DNA from: Mobula hypostoma
Taxonomy: Eukaryota
Assembly (NCBI RefSeq): GCF_963921235.1
Contig: NC_086097.1
Location: forward strand, 170,688,001-170,752,000
Reading direction: 5' to 3'
DNA: 64,000 nt
In this document: in pieces, positions 25,850-38,455 of the stretch
Layout of the letters: each line of letters begins with the position of its first letter
How positions within the stretch are numbered: position 1 is the first letter of the stretch
Notes under the pieces: model-generated
What the model saw: the letters and a program-made list of their open reading frames with translations, nothing else
Told to the model about the DNA's origin: nothing
The model's database searches: none
Position numbers and translations under genes: made by a program

Positions 25850-26960
25850 GGGGCCCGTCTGCTTCTCGGGATCCATCTCAGAATCTCCACCCCCCCACCC
25901 GTCCCTCCCTCCTTCATGAAATCCTGTTTGCCTGGCTGAGCTGGTTAAAACCGTCGCCCGCTCCCACACACACACACATACACACAGCGGTCCAGCCTGC
26001 CGCGTAGTGCGGCTTAACACGGGGCTCAGTCCACCCGGCGCCAAGTTGCAGGTACCAAAGCGCAGTCCCTCGTCCACACTTTAGCGGACGGACGAGGCTG
26101 AGAGGAAGCCGGGCGTCCAAGCCAAACGCCTCCGCCGACGCTGTTGATACTTAGAGAGAGGCGGATAGAAGGGGGTAAGACGAAGCTGATTTTAAACCAC
26201 TTTCTCCATCCATTTGACTGATGGCTTGCATGCATAAATCTCTCAGTTCCTTGCATTAGTATTCTGCTTTCTGCAGTGTGTGTGTGTGTGTGTGTGTGTG
26301 CGTGTGTGTTTGTGTGTGCGCCCTACACATTGACTGAAAGACCCTCCGTTGATTTAGAATTCCTCTGAATCCTCTGCCTTTCTCGGGCACCCGGCTGAAC
26401 AGCAGTACGTACGCCTCTTACCCGGCTCGGATACGCGGCCATCGGCTTATTGACCCAATACAGGTGAGTGCGTGTGGGCTTCGCTCAGGAAGTTAAGTCA
26501 GCCCGGCCATTCTGCTGATCATTTTAACTGCAAACATCAATTAGTTCCCCACTACCGGGCTGTCAGTCACCGGGCGAGAACCCCCGTTAAACAGGAGCTA
26601 AATATTATTGAGAGTATCCCCTTCTCAAGCATGCACACTTGCTAACTCTTGGACTCGGGGGGCAGGTGTCCTTTAACATCACCATCCGAGACTGAATGTT
26701 CCGATGTGTTGCAATAAACCGAATGTAGTTGTGTCTCTGGTTGTCCGACTTGGCTAAAGATGGGTAAAGGAACTCGTATTTGATGTTGCTCTTCGTGCGT
26801 GTGTGTGTGTCTGCTTTAGATCATGCGTTAGAAAGGGTTCATCCACGCCGCAGCCTGCGAGAAATAACTCAGTAACCATATGCAGCTTCATGCTGCGATC
26901 ATTTTCTGAATTTTTAACAACATTATTCGATTCATTATTACTCCCATCGAGTTTGGAGCC
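25850..26960 (+). promoter_or_regulatory. CpG-rich island: probable promoter and non-coding first exon ending at 26463
   Basis: About 20 CpGs in 25945-26165 counted by eye, against a CpG-depleted background; no recognisable transposon from ~25110 to ~27650; consensus donor CAG|GTGAGT at 26461-26469. Confidence 0.65.
26276..26319. repeat. (TG)n microsatellite inside the CpG island
   Basis: Direct observation. Confidence 0.95.
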
Positions 26961-28552
26961 CGTCTGTGCTTTGCAGAGTCTAATAATGTTGGGGAATTTG
27001 AAAGAAAGCCTTTGGACTGGCTTTAGGTACACATCTGGCTACAAATGGATATTTTCCAAACTGCAACTGTACAGATCACTTTATCTGTTTACTGTCCCTG
27101 CTTGTAATATCTGGAGAAAAGTCCTCTCAGGTATTTCTGGCACTGAATAGCCTCCAGGACGGTCAGCAATCTCACCCGTTCCATTCCCCACAATCTTTCC
27201 ACTACCTTTCCAATTCCTCTTCGTGATCCCAGATTCATTCTGGTTCAGAGAGGCAGTAGGTTTCAGGTCATAACTCATCACTGTACTGTACAGGCACAAA
27301 ATGTATACAAACTATTTCACTGGAGAAGTGGCTATTCATATGGCTTGTGTTAGCCAGGTGCTGTTCCACTGGTTCACAGGATAGCTACGTGTAATGTTCT
27401 GTATTGACCTGATTGCTTTGTTTGTGTTGTGTGGGGAGGGTTATCAGTGTAGTGTTTGCCTGCTGCATAGCTATCAAACTGGTCATCTGGACATGTAGGT
27501 TGCTCTGCACAGTATGCACATGAGATAGTTATTTCTGGAGAAGTTTCCACCCAAGATTTATTTTGGACCTCATGTTGCTTAGGCACTACATGGTGTGGGA
27601 GTGTGGTTGGTGAAAATCAGCCTCCATGGGGTATAAACTAATATCAGTTTTACAAGTGGTAATGTGTTGACTGATGTACCAGGCAGTTGGTATGTCCAGA
27701 AAGCTGCATTTATGAGAAGTGTTAGTTTCTACCTGGGGTGCGCTGGTGCAGCGATCAGCCAAGTGTGGGATTGGTCATACAGGAAAAAAGGATCTCTCTG
27801 TTCAGAAGGAAGGCTGAGGGGGTGGCCTAATATGGGTCTTGAAAGTGTTGATGCGTTTTACTGCATGGATGCAGAGAATGTTTTCACTTGTGGAGAAGAA
27901 TACAACCAGAGGCTGTCCATACAGGGTGGTTATTGAGAAATCCACAGGGACTTCAAAAGTCCCAGCCCATTCAAAGGGGGGAGGTAGTGCAGAATGCTTT
28001 AAGAGGGAGGTGGATATGTGTAAAAGGGAGAAGGGAACAGAGAGCTGGACTGACAGAATGAACTGACAAATAGTGCTTCATATGGAGCATAAATTCCAGC
28101 ATGAACTGCTTGGGCTGAATGGCCTGTTTCTGTGTTGTATATTCTATACAGTGCAATGTAATAATATAAGTGCTGTGCTATTTTATAAGAGGGAGATACA
28201 TATAGAAGAGGGCTGTGTGATCATCTATGCCTATGCTTCCCACTCTATTCTTTGGCTGATTGACCTTTATCCCCAGGTTACCATCCCCCCCCCCCCAACT
28301 AGTGAAAATAATATCTTTCATCAGAGCCCTTAATAACATCAAATACCACAATTAAGTTTCCTCATAACGTTCTCTGTCATCAAGAGAACAATCCAAGAAT
28401 CCAAGCTTCACCACTCACTACCCTTCCTGCTTAAGGCTCCTTATGCATTTCTGCAAGTCACTTCTTTGCCTTCTCTTTAATTTCATCCAGAACTGAACAA
28501 AGTACAGTACCCCAGCTGGTAAATTAATAAATTGGTTTATTATTGTCATATT

Positions 28553-29517
28553 CACTCAGTGGCCACTTTATTAGGTATAGTAGCCACTGAGTGCTTGTTC
28601 ATGGTCTTCTGCTGTGTCCACTTCAAGGTTCGATGTTCACGTTTAATTGTCATTGAACCAAATATGAAAACCCATGAATACAGCCAAGCGAAGCATGATT
28701 CTTCCAGGGCCAAGGTGTAAAACACAGTACCAACAGTCATACACAGCGCAAGGGACATATAGCACATATAAGACAGCAGAAAACATCCAGTCACACAAAA
28801 TATATATATAACATAGCCCAGCTCCCTGAGTCTATGAATGTTATGGCAAGAGCTAGCCCTGCAGCAGAATGCAATCCGAACTTGTTTTCCACTATGTGAA
28901 CAGTAGAATGCAGCACCCAATGGATGCTACGCTGCACCGCCTCTGGCATCACCTCTCCTGGATGGCTGCAACAGGTGACACTGTCGCATGAGGCCTAGTC
29001 TGTGCTATAACTGAAGCCATGCAGCATCCCCACCATTGGTCCTGCCAATAAACCAGTGAACCAGACTTGAAGTATTCTACATTACCAATGTCTTGTGATC
29101 AAAAGAAAAATGTACAAGACAATCACTCCCCGTTAAACTGCACACTGCCTTTGCACACTGTTCCCTTTTTGTCACATTGAACCAGTCTGGTCATACTCCT
29201 CTGACCCCTTTCAGTAACAAGGCATTTTCGTCCACAGAACTGCTATCCACAGGATGTTTTTATTTTGTTTTTGCACCATTCTCAGTAAACTCTAGAGTGT
29301 TGTGTGTGTAAGTTCCAGGAGATCTACAGTTTCTGAGATAATCAAGTCACCCCAGCTGGCACCGATAATCATTCCAAAGTCAAAGTCACTTAGATCACAT
29401 TTCTTTCCCATTCTGGTGTTTGACCTGAACCTCTTGACCATGTCTACATGCTTTTTTACATTGGGATGCATTAGCGAGCAGGTGTACAGGTGTACCTAAT
29501 AAAGTGGACACTGAGTG
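28553..29517. mobile_element. Tc1/mariner-derived MITE with an internal LINE-tail-like insertion (~28635-29156)
   Basis: 25-bp TIRs CACTCAGTGGCCACTTTATTAGGTA / TACCTAATAAAGTGGACACTGAGTG (24/25 match); TA on the right flank, TT on the left. Confidence 0.85.
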
Positions 29518-29584
29518 TATCCTGAGGTACGGTGAACAACATTTTTATTTTTTTTTAAGTTTTTATTTTAGTTTATGTTTTAGA

Positions 29585-29825
29585 AATACAGCATGATAAC
29601 AGGTCCTTCAGACTCAATGAGCCTGCGCCACCCGAATGATACCTATGTGACCAATTAACCTACTAACCCCTATGCCTTTGAAATGTGGGAGGAAACCAGA
29701 ACACACAGAGGAAACCCATGTGATCACAAGGAGAACATACAAACTCCTTACATACATCAGTGGAAATTAAACCCAGGTCCCTGGTGCTGTTACAGGGTTG
29801 TGCTAACCATTGTGCTATTGCGCTA
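29585..29825 (-). mobile_element. V-domain SINE (HE1-like)
   Basis: Reverse-strand V core TGTGGGAGGAAACCAGAACAC..GGAAACCCA..GAACATACAAACTCC. Confidence 0.8.
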
Positions 29826-29964
29826 CCTGTGTTTTGTATGCCATCCACTCCTATCAATGTCACAAAGAAGGGCAGGAACTTTATCTCCAGCCAGCATTTA
29901 TCCCTCAATCAATATCAGTGAAAAGCAGAACAAAGGAATTCAACATTGCTATACATGGGAGTTC

Positions 29965-30075
29965 GAACAACACACACAAAATGCTGGAGGAACTCAGCAC
30001 GCCAGGTAGCATCCATGGAAAAAAGTAAACGGTTAACATCTCGGCCCGAATCATCTTCATCCCTCATGAAGATGG
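29965..30075 (-). mobile_element. Penelope-like terminal repeat with short inverted end
   Basis: CAAAATGCTGGAGGAACTCAGCACGCCAGGTAGCATC, ending in the CATCTTCAT..ATGAAGATG hairpin. Confidence 0.7.
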
Positions 30076-30514
30076 TAGAGTTTGTCATTAAAATGTCAGG
30101 CAAAATCGATACTTGTACCCAGCTGGAAGCCGAGAAGAGTTTATTCAGAATATCCACACATCCTAGTGATCGTGTAGGAGATAAAATTAACTTTGCATAT
30201 TCTACCTAGAGCTGGTAGAAAATGAGGAAAATTGCTGTTTAGATAACCAGAACCAATAAGTTATAAATACAATTTGATAGACAAGGGTTCAACAATTAGT
30301 ACAACAGTTAAAAGGAGAAGATGTGCATCGAAATAAATCACAGTACAATGATCGGGCTGGAGTGCTTGGACTGAAGAGGGTCAATCCATTATCACTATGA
30401 AAATAAGACACGGTGTGGCTGCAGTGACGAAAACAAGTGATAGTTGAGTAAGAGAGTACCAATCTTACTTTTGTTGGACAGACCTCATCTGCAGTTCTGG
30501 CAATCTAATCATAA

Positions 30515-31650
30515 GAAGGTTCAATCGTTAAGTATTAATATTGAAGTAGTAAAATGGATTCAGCAGTGGCTGGATGGGAGATGCCAGAGAGTAGTGGTGG
30601 ATAACTGTTTGTCAGATTGGAGGCCGGTGACTAGTGGTGAGCCTCAGGGATCTGTACTGGGTCCAGTGTTTGTCATAAACATTAATGATCTGGATGATGG
30701 AGTGGTAAATTGGATGAGTATGTATGCAGATGATACTAAGATAGGTGGAGTTGTGGATAATGAAGCAAGTTTTCAAAGCTTGCAGAGAGATTTAGGCCAG
30801 TTAGAAGAGTGGGCTGAAAGATGGTAGGTGGAGTTTAATGCTGATAAATGTGAGGTGCTACATTTTGGTAGTATTAATCAAAATAGGACATAGATGGCAA
30901 ATGGTAGGGCATTGAAGAAAGCAGTAGAACAGAGGGATCTAGGAATAATGGTGCATAGTTCCCTGAAGGTGGAATCTCATGTGGATAGGGTGGTGAAGAA
31001 AGTTTTTGGTATGCTGGCCTTTATAAATCAGAGCATTGAGTTTAGGAGTTGGGATGTAATGTTGAAATTGTACAAGGCATTGATGAGGCCAAATTTGGAG
31101 TATTGTGTACAGTTTTGGTCACCGAATTATAGGAAAGATGTCAACAATATAGAGAGAGTACAGAGAGGACTTACGAGAATGTTACCTGGGTTTCATCACC
31201 TGAGTTACAGAGAAAGGTTGAACAAGTTGGGTCTTTATTCTTTGGAGCATAGAAGGTTGAGGGGGGACTTGATAGAGGTGTTTAAAATTATGAGGGGGAT
31301 AGACAGAGTTGACGTGGGTAGGCTTTTTCCATTGAGAGTGGGGGAGACTCAAACAAGAGGACATGAGTTGAGAGTTAAAGGGCAAAAGTTTAGCGGTAAC
31401 ATGAGGGGGAACTTCTTTACTAGAGAGTGGTGGCTGTGTGGAACGAGCTTCCAGCAGAAGTGGTTGAGGCAGGTTCGATGTTGTCGTTTCAAGTTAAATT
31501 GGACAGCTATATGGACAGGAAAAGAATGGAGGGTTATGGGCTGAGTGAGGGTCGGTGGGACCAGGTGAGACTAAGAGTTCGGCATGGACTAGAAGATCCG
31601 AGATGGCCTGTTTCCGTGCTGTAATTGTTATATGGTTTTATATGGTTATA
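30515..31650 (+). mobile_element. Relatively young 5'-truncated CR1 LINE (RT with YADD through 3' tail)
   Basis: PQGSVLGP, MYADDTK, RPNLEYCVQFWSP, RRLRGDLIEVFKIM in near-continuous frames; (TTATATGG)n tail. Confidence 0.95.
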
Positions 31651-32589
31651 AGAGGAATATTATATTTTGTACTGTGCAGTTTGTGTTCAGTGTGGTAAAG
31701 GTGGCACCTCAGGCTGAATCCTACAGTGTCTTGTTAAGAACAAGCAGCTTGGAAGAGAATCAAGAGGAGATGGAACTTTTAACTCCTTCTGCATAGAGAA
31801 AAAAGGTGGATGCATCCAGTTCACCATTCCCCATATATAGAGCCTTGGTCAGGTAAAACTATCACAGGATTAGGAAGTGAAAATTCCAGGTACTATGTTC
31901 CAAAAACTTAGTGGAATAAATAGTTGGAAAAATCCTGATCTAGATCTGGTCAATGGCTGAAAGCTAAAGAAGTAGCTGGAAGGTGAAGTAAAAGTGCTGG
32001 TAATCTTAATAGTTGGTAATTAGTAATTGATTTACATTTATGGAATGAGCTGCTCGAGGATGTGGTTGAGACAGGTGCAATAAATTGGCACAGAGAAAAT
32101 CTTTGTTTTGCATGCCTTCCTACAGACCGTCCCATCACAAAAGTGCTACGGGATAGTATAAGGCACAAGCAGTAATAGAATGCAAAATAAAATGTTACAG
32201 TTGGTGTTAGCGCTATAGTTTAATCTTTATTATGAATAAATGGGATTGTTATCCTTGTAGGAGGGAAAGTTGATGGAATCTGGATTGGGTGTTCAAAATC
32301 ATTAAACATTTCTGGTAGAAATAGATTCTTCACATTGTTGCTTATGCAATTAATTTGGGAGATTCCATCCATCGACTCTGAGAGATTTCTAATAATTCCA
32401 GTGTCCACTTATTTTCCTATAACCTATTCCTTCTTATCTTCCTTCTAAGTATCTTGTATTCCAAGACCCCACCCCCTCAACCTTGGCGTGGGTTATAGCA
32501 GCCAGTGTACCTTCATACCTTTAACATGTGTGAAGAAAGTGACGCACTTTCCAAGAACCAAAATGGTCATAGACACCATACAGACAGTA

Positions 32590-32890
32590 CCAAAATCAGA
32601 ATCAGGTTTATTATCACTGACGTTATGATGTGAAATTTTTTTATTTTTGCAACAGCAGTGCACTGTAATACAAAATGTTTACTATAAGTTGCAATAAAAA
32701 AATAAAAAATATATAGTGCAAAAAGAGGACAAAATAGTGAGGTAGTGATCATGGGTTTATGGACCATTCAGAAATCTGATGATGGAGAGGAGGAAACTGT
32801 TCCTAAAATGTTGAGTGTGTATCTTCAGGCTCCTGTACCTCCTCCCTGATGGTAGTAATGAGAAAAGGGCATGTCCTGGATGGCGAGGCC
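32590..32890 (-). mobile_element. Rex1/Babar-type LINE 3' end
   Basis: (ATCAGA)n tail; reverse-strand HPGHALFSLLPSGRRYRSL. Confidence 0.8.
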
Positions 32891-33359
32891 AGTATCAAGC
32901 CCGGTCACAGGGACTGTGTGAGAGTTGCCCTGTCTACTGTCTCCACTTAATCACCCTTTAATGAAATTATGTAAAAATTTCAAAGTGCCACAATGACAGG
33001 CAATTGTTTGACTTGGTCAGCTCTCAGCTGTGATGCTGTTTGAATGTGTAACTGCTTGACAGGGAGAGAAAGTGGAAGTAATAATAACTTTCAAAGCTTA
33101 GAAAAGAATTGGGATGCCGGGTGGAGGAAAGTGAGAGTAAATGGAACTGATTAGTTTGACTTTCAAAGTGCTGAAAGTGCTGATGGGCCAATTGATCTCT
33201 TGAAGTACTTTGTTGCTTTACTATTCAATAAAGGTCAGTAGCTGAGGATGAAAGGTGTTCCCATATGTTATCACGGAAACTTACTCTGTGACCTGCAATG
33301 CTATCAGATCCCCAGAGCTGAGTTTCAAAGCTAGCCCAGGCTGTTCCACTGTGAGTGCG

Positions 33360-34640
33360 CGGGTCATGGAGTAATAACAGGCCCTTGGGCTCAATTAGTT
33401 CATGGCAACCAAAATATCCATTTAAACTGGTCCTATTACCTGCACTTGGCCCGTATCCACTTGAATCATTCCTCTCCGTGTTCCACACAAATGTCTTTTA
33501 AATGCTATTCCGTACTTGTTTCAACCACTTCCTCTGGCAGTTCATCCCATATACAGTGAGAAAAAGTTGTCCCTCAGATCCCCTTTAAGTCTTTTGTCTC
33601 TCATCTTAAATTCTTTGCCTTTTAGTTTTTTATTTCATGGGAATAAATGTTTGAATGCATTCAGTCTCTCTATGCCCCTCATGATTTTATACACCTCCAT
33701 AAGAACAAGCCCCAGTCTCCTGCACTCCATGGAATAAAGTCCTAGGCTGCCCAAACTCTCCGAGTATCTCAGACCCTTCAGTTCTGGAAACATTCTCATC
33801 AACTTAATGACTCTTTTCAACTTAATGATATCATTCCCATAACTGGGTAACCAAAACTGTACACAATACTCCAAGTGCAGCCTCACAAAATCTTGCAAAA
33901 TAATGTACCAACTCCTACACTCGCTGATGAAGTCCAATGTGTCAAATGCCTTCTTCACCAGTGTTGCTCAGGGCTCATTCATTCTTGGAAGTGGAGATGA
34001 CTATGCTCTGGAAGACGTGGATGGTTTCGTATGTTTGAAGCTGGTGTGCTGACAGGACAGTGAATAACGGGGGCTAGGAGAGGGGATCGGTGGATTTGTC
34101 AACATTTTGCTGCTGCCACTGAATGACTTTTCACAACAGCAATGACAGAGATTCTTAGCTCTGAAAGCTACAATACAGAAGGAGGCCATTCAGCTCATTG
34201 TCATGGCTGGAAAGTCGCAACTGAGCCTAATTGCATCTTCCAGCACTGAATCCATTGCTCTGCAGGTCATAGTTCTTTATGTACACATCCAGACACAGCT
34301 TAAATCTGATGAGGGTTTCTGCCTTTACCAATGTCCTAGGCAATAGGTTCCGTACGCAAATTTTTCCATCTTCTAAATCCTTTTGAACTTGTATCCTCTG
34401 CTCTCTCACTAAGCTAAGGGAAGTAGCTTTTGTCCAGGCCCATCGTCATTTTACACAAGTCAATTAAGTCCCTCTTCAGGCTCCCTTTGCTCCAAAGGAC
34501 ATGACTTTAGCCTGCCTGGTCTTTCCTGACAGCTGACATTTTCTGTTCCAGGCAATATCTTCATGAGTTTCCTCTGTACCGCCTCCAGTGCAATCACTTC
34601 CTTCCTGTAATGTGGTGACTGGAACTGAACACTTGCTAAT
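33360..34640 (-). mobile_element. Two CR1 3' fragments
   Basis: ORF 33635-33958 (LEYCVQFW, EVYKIMRG) and ORF 34460-34738 (VQFQSPHYRKEVIALEAVQR). Confidence 0.85.
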
Positions 34641-35094
34641 TCAGAGCAAGGAAATAATAAAAAGGTTGCAAAAACAATCTGGATATAAATATGGATGATA
34701 TTTTCTGAGACCAGATATTGTGCACTTCTTGAAAGCATTTTGTCTTCCCTAATTAACCAATAAGATGCCTTTGTATAATTTTATAGAACAGAACAAAAGC
34801 CTCCCCTCCATAGATATCTCAGTTAATGACAAACACAACTAGAAAATTATAAAATTAAATAACAATATTACACCATATCTCACAGTGATGCAGCAGTTAG
34901 TATGAGTGTGTGAGTATTAATTTGCACCTGGTCTTAATGTGATATTAATTTGTCTTCATGATTGTTTTTTTTCTGGAGAGATCAGAGGCTAATGTAGCCC
35001 TGTTCCTACTGCATTACCTTATGTCTAGAACTGTCTTCCTCTTTTACATCTTCTGAGTGTGTACATGTATGTGTATGTCATGTTTACATGTTTG

Positions 35095-35157
35095 CGTGTG
35101 TGTGTGTGTGTGTGTGTGTGTTTGTGTGACTTCGTGTGTGTTTGCGTGTGTGTGTCT
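35095..35157. repeat. (TG)n microsatellite
   Basis: Direct observation. Confidence 0.95.
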
Positions 35158-35438
35158 GTCTGACCATGAATTGCAGAAGCTGACTCCAGGATGTTTTGTC
35201 CATTTAAAAGGATCTCAAGCAAATACTCAGGACAGTTATCACTTGGAGTCTGCAGCCCGAGTTGTTGCTGTGCCATATGGCAGGGGGAGTTAATAGTGTT
35301 TGATCCCACTGACTCAAGCTAGTATAGTTGTACGCTGCTGATATCTTCTGTCCTGACTCATCACTAAGTCAGGCAAATAAACACTCGCTTTCACACAAGT
35401 GAAGGCAACTTAATTTGTTACAGTAACAATGCTGTAAC

Positions 35439-35443
<5 letters not shown>

Positions 35444-35488
<45 letters not shown>

Positions 35489-35722
35489 CCCGCTCTCTCC
35501 CCCCACTCCCCCTCTCCCCCTCTCCCCCTCTCCCCCTCTCCCCCTCTCCCCCTCTCCCCCTCTCCCCCTCTCCCCCTCTCCCTCTCCCCCTCCCCCTCCC
35601 CCTCCCCCTCCCCCTCCCCCTCCCCTCTCCCCTCTCCCCTCTCCCTTCTCCCTTCTCCCCTCTCCCTTCTCCCCTCTCCCTTCTCCCCTCTCCCCTCTCC
35701 CCTCTCCCCTCTCCCCTCCCCA
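35444..35722. repeat. Compound polypyrimidine/polypurine tract
   Basis: Successive (CT)n, (CTCCCCCT)n, (CTCCCC)n and (CCCTTCT/CCCCTCT)n arrays; almost purely C/T on the + strand. Confidence 0.95.
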
Positions 35723-35834
35723 CCATGGTATAGTCAGTAGAATAATTTGAAAATATTGCTGTAAAATACTAAGCAATCACCTGTGTAAATGAATGAAAAT
35801 ATTGCTTTCTGATCATTATTTTTTGATGGAATTC

Positions 35835-38455
35835 TATCTCCTTTACCATAGCATTGGAGAGGGATAGGAACAGACAAGTTAAGAAAGCGTTTAATTGGAA
35901 TAAGGGGAAATATGAAGCTATCAGGCAGGAACTTGGAAACATAAACTGGGAACAGATGTTTTCAGGGGATACGTGGCAAATGTTCAGGGGATATTTGCAT
36001 GGTGTTCTGCATGGGTATGCTGCAATGAGACAGGGAATGGATGGTAGGGTACAGGAATCGTGGTGTACAAAGACTGCTGAAAATCTAGTCAGGAAGAAAA
36101 GCTTACGAAAGGTTCAAAAAACAAAAGATCTAGAAGTTTATAAGGCTAGCAGAAAGGAGCTTAAAAATGAAATTAGGAGAGCCAGAAGGGGCCATGAGAA
36201 GGCCTTGGCAGACAGGATTAAGGAAAACCCCAAGGCATTCTACAAGTATGTGAAGAGCAAAAGGATAAGACGTGAGCGAATAGGACCAATCAAGTGTGGC
36301 AGTGGAAAAGTGTGTATGGAACTGGAGGAGATAGCAGAGGTACTTGATGAATACTTTGCTTCATTATTCACTACGGAAATGGATCTTGGCAATGGTAGGG
36401 ATGACTTACAGTGGACTGAAAAGCTTGAGCATATAGACAGTAAGAAAGAGGATGTGCTGGAGCTTTTGGAAAGCATCAAGTTAGATAAGTCACTGGGACT
36501 GGATGAGGTATACCCCAGGCTACTGTGGGAGGTGAGGGAAGAGATTACTGAGCTTCTGGCAATGATCTTTGCATCATCAATGGGAATGGGAGAGGTTCCA
36601 GAGGACTGGAGGGTTGCAGATGTTATTCCCTTATTCAAGAAAGGGAGTAGTGATAGCCCAGGAAATTATAGACCAGTGAGTCTTACTTCAGTGGTTGGTA
36701 AATTGATGGAAAAGATCCTGAGAGGCAGGATTTATGAACATTTGGAGAGGCATAATATGATTAGGAATGGTCAGCATGGCTTTGTCAAAGGCAGGTCATG
36801 CCTTACAAGCCTGATTGAATTTTTTGAGGATGTGACTAAACTCATTGATGAATGATGTAGATGTAGTGTATATGGATTTCAGCAAGGCATTTGATAAGGT
36901 ACCCCATGCAACGCTTATTGAGAAAGTAAGGAGGCATGGAATCTAAGGGGACCTTGCTTGGTGGATCCAGAACTGGCTTGCTCACAGAAAACAAAGTATG
37001 GTTGTACACATGTCATATTCTGCAAGGAGGTTGGTGACCAGCGGTGTGCCTCAGGGATCTGTTCTGGGACCCCTTCTCTTCGTGATTTTTATAAATGATC
37101 TGGATGAGGAAGTGGAGGGATGGGTTAGTAAATTTGCTGATGATAAAAAGGTTAGGGGTGTTGTGTATAGTGTGGAGGGATATCAGAGGATACAGCGGGA
37201 CATTGATAGGATGCAAAACTCGGCTGAGAAGTGGCAGATGGAGTTCAACCCAGATAAGTGTGAGGTGGTTCATTTTGGTAGGTCAAATATGATGGCAGAA
37301 TATAGTACAGTATTAATGGTAAAACTCTTGGCAGTGAGGAGGATCAGAGGGATCTTGGGGTCCCAGTCCACAGGACACTCAAAGCAGCTACACAGGTTGA
37401 CTCTATGTTTAGGAAGGTATACGGTGCATTGGCCTTCACCAACTGTGAGATTGAGTTTAAGAGCCGAGAGGTAATTTTACAGCTATATAGGACCCTGATC
37501 AAACACCACTTGGAAAACTGTGCTCAGTTCTGATCACCTCACTACAGGAAGGATGTGGAAATTATAGAAAGGGTGCAGGGGAGATTTACAAGGATGTTGC
37601 CTGGATTGGGGAGCATGCCTAATGAGAATAGAGTAGATTAGATTCAACTTTATTGTCATTGTGCCGAGTACAGATACAAAGCCAATGAAATTCAGTTAGC
37701 ATCTGACCAGAAATGCAAAGAATAGTGTTATTTTGTAAAATAACAGCAAATAAAAAGTGCTACAGCACACAAATATAAAAGTACTGAAACAGTATAATAT
37801 GGGTGCAATACTGCTTAGTGCTGTGTTGTGAGGTTCAGCAGGGTCACAGCCTCAGGGAAGAAGCTCCTCCTGTGCCTGCTGGTGTGGGAGCGGAGGCTCC
37901 TGTAGTGCCTACCAGATGGGAGGAGGGTAAAAAGTCCATGGTTAGGGTGAGATGCATCCTTGATAATTATGGTAGATGTTCTCAATGGTGGGCAATTGGG
38001 TGCCAATAATCCGCTGGGCAGTTTTCACCACACGCTGGAGTACTTTGAGTGAACTCGACCTTTTCTCCTTGGAGCAACGCAGGATGAGAGGTGACCTGAA
38101 AGAGGTGTATAAAATGATAAGAGGCATTGATCATGTGGCTAGTCAGAGGCTTTTTCCCAGGGCTGAAATGGCTAACATGAGATGGCATAGTTTTAAAGTG
38201 CTTGGAAGTAGTTACAGAGGAGATGTGAGGGGTAAGTTTTTTTACGCAGAGAGTGGTGAGTATGTGGAATGGGATGCCGACGACCGTGGTGGAGGCGGAT
38301 ATGATAGGCTCTTTTAAGAGACTCCTGAATTGGTACATGGAGATCATAAAAATAGAGGGCTATGGGTAACCTGAGGTAATTTCTAAAGTACATGTTTGGC
38401 ACAGCATTGTGGGCCAAAGGGTCTGTAGGTTTTCTTTGTTTCTATGTTTCTATGA
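35835..38455 (+). mobile_element. CR1 LINE ORF2 pseudogene (about 2.2 kb plus insertion)
   Basis: 333-aa frame 35854-36855 (KENPKAFYKY, PEDWRVADVIPLFKKG, NYRPVSLTS, QHGF.KGRSCLT), then PQGSVLGP/FADD and CR1 tail; stop at 36853. Confidence 0.95.
37635..38045 (-). mobile_element. Rex1/Babar-type 3' fragment inserted into the CR1
   Basis: (GATTA)n tail; IIKDASHPNHGLFTLLPSGRHYRSL..SFFPEAV motif. Confidence 0.85.

Noticed and set aside
30894..31544. 216-aa ORF as an active reverse transcriptase
   Set aside because: 5'-truncated CR1 with in-frame stops near 30825 and 30891 and a later frameshift.
35369..35776. Gly/Arg/Glu-rich ORFs resembling RGG proteins
   Set aside because: Translation of the simple-repeat tract.
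35854..36855. Longest ORF (333 aa) as a host gene
   Set aside because: It is CR1 ORF2; it ends at a premature stop and continues with further lesions.
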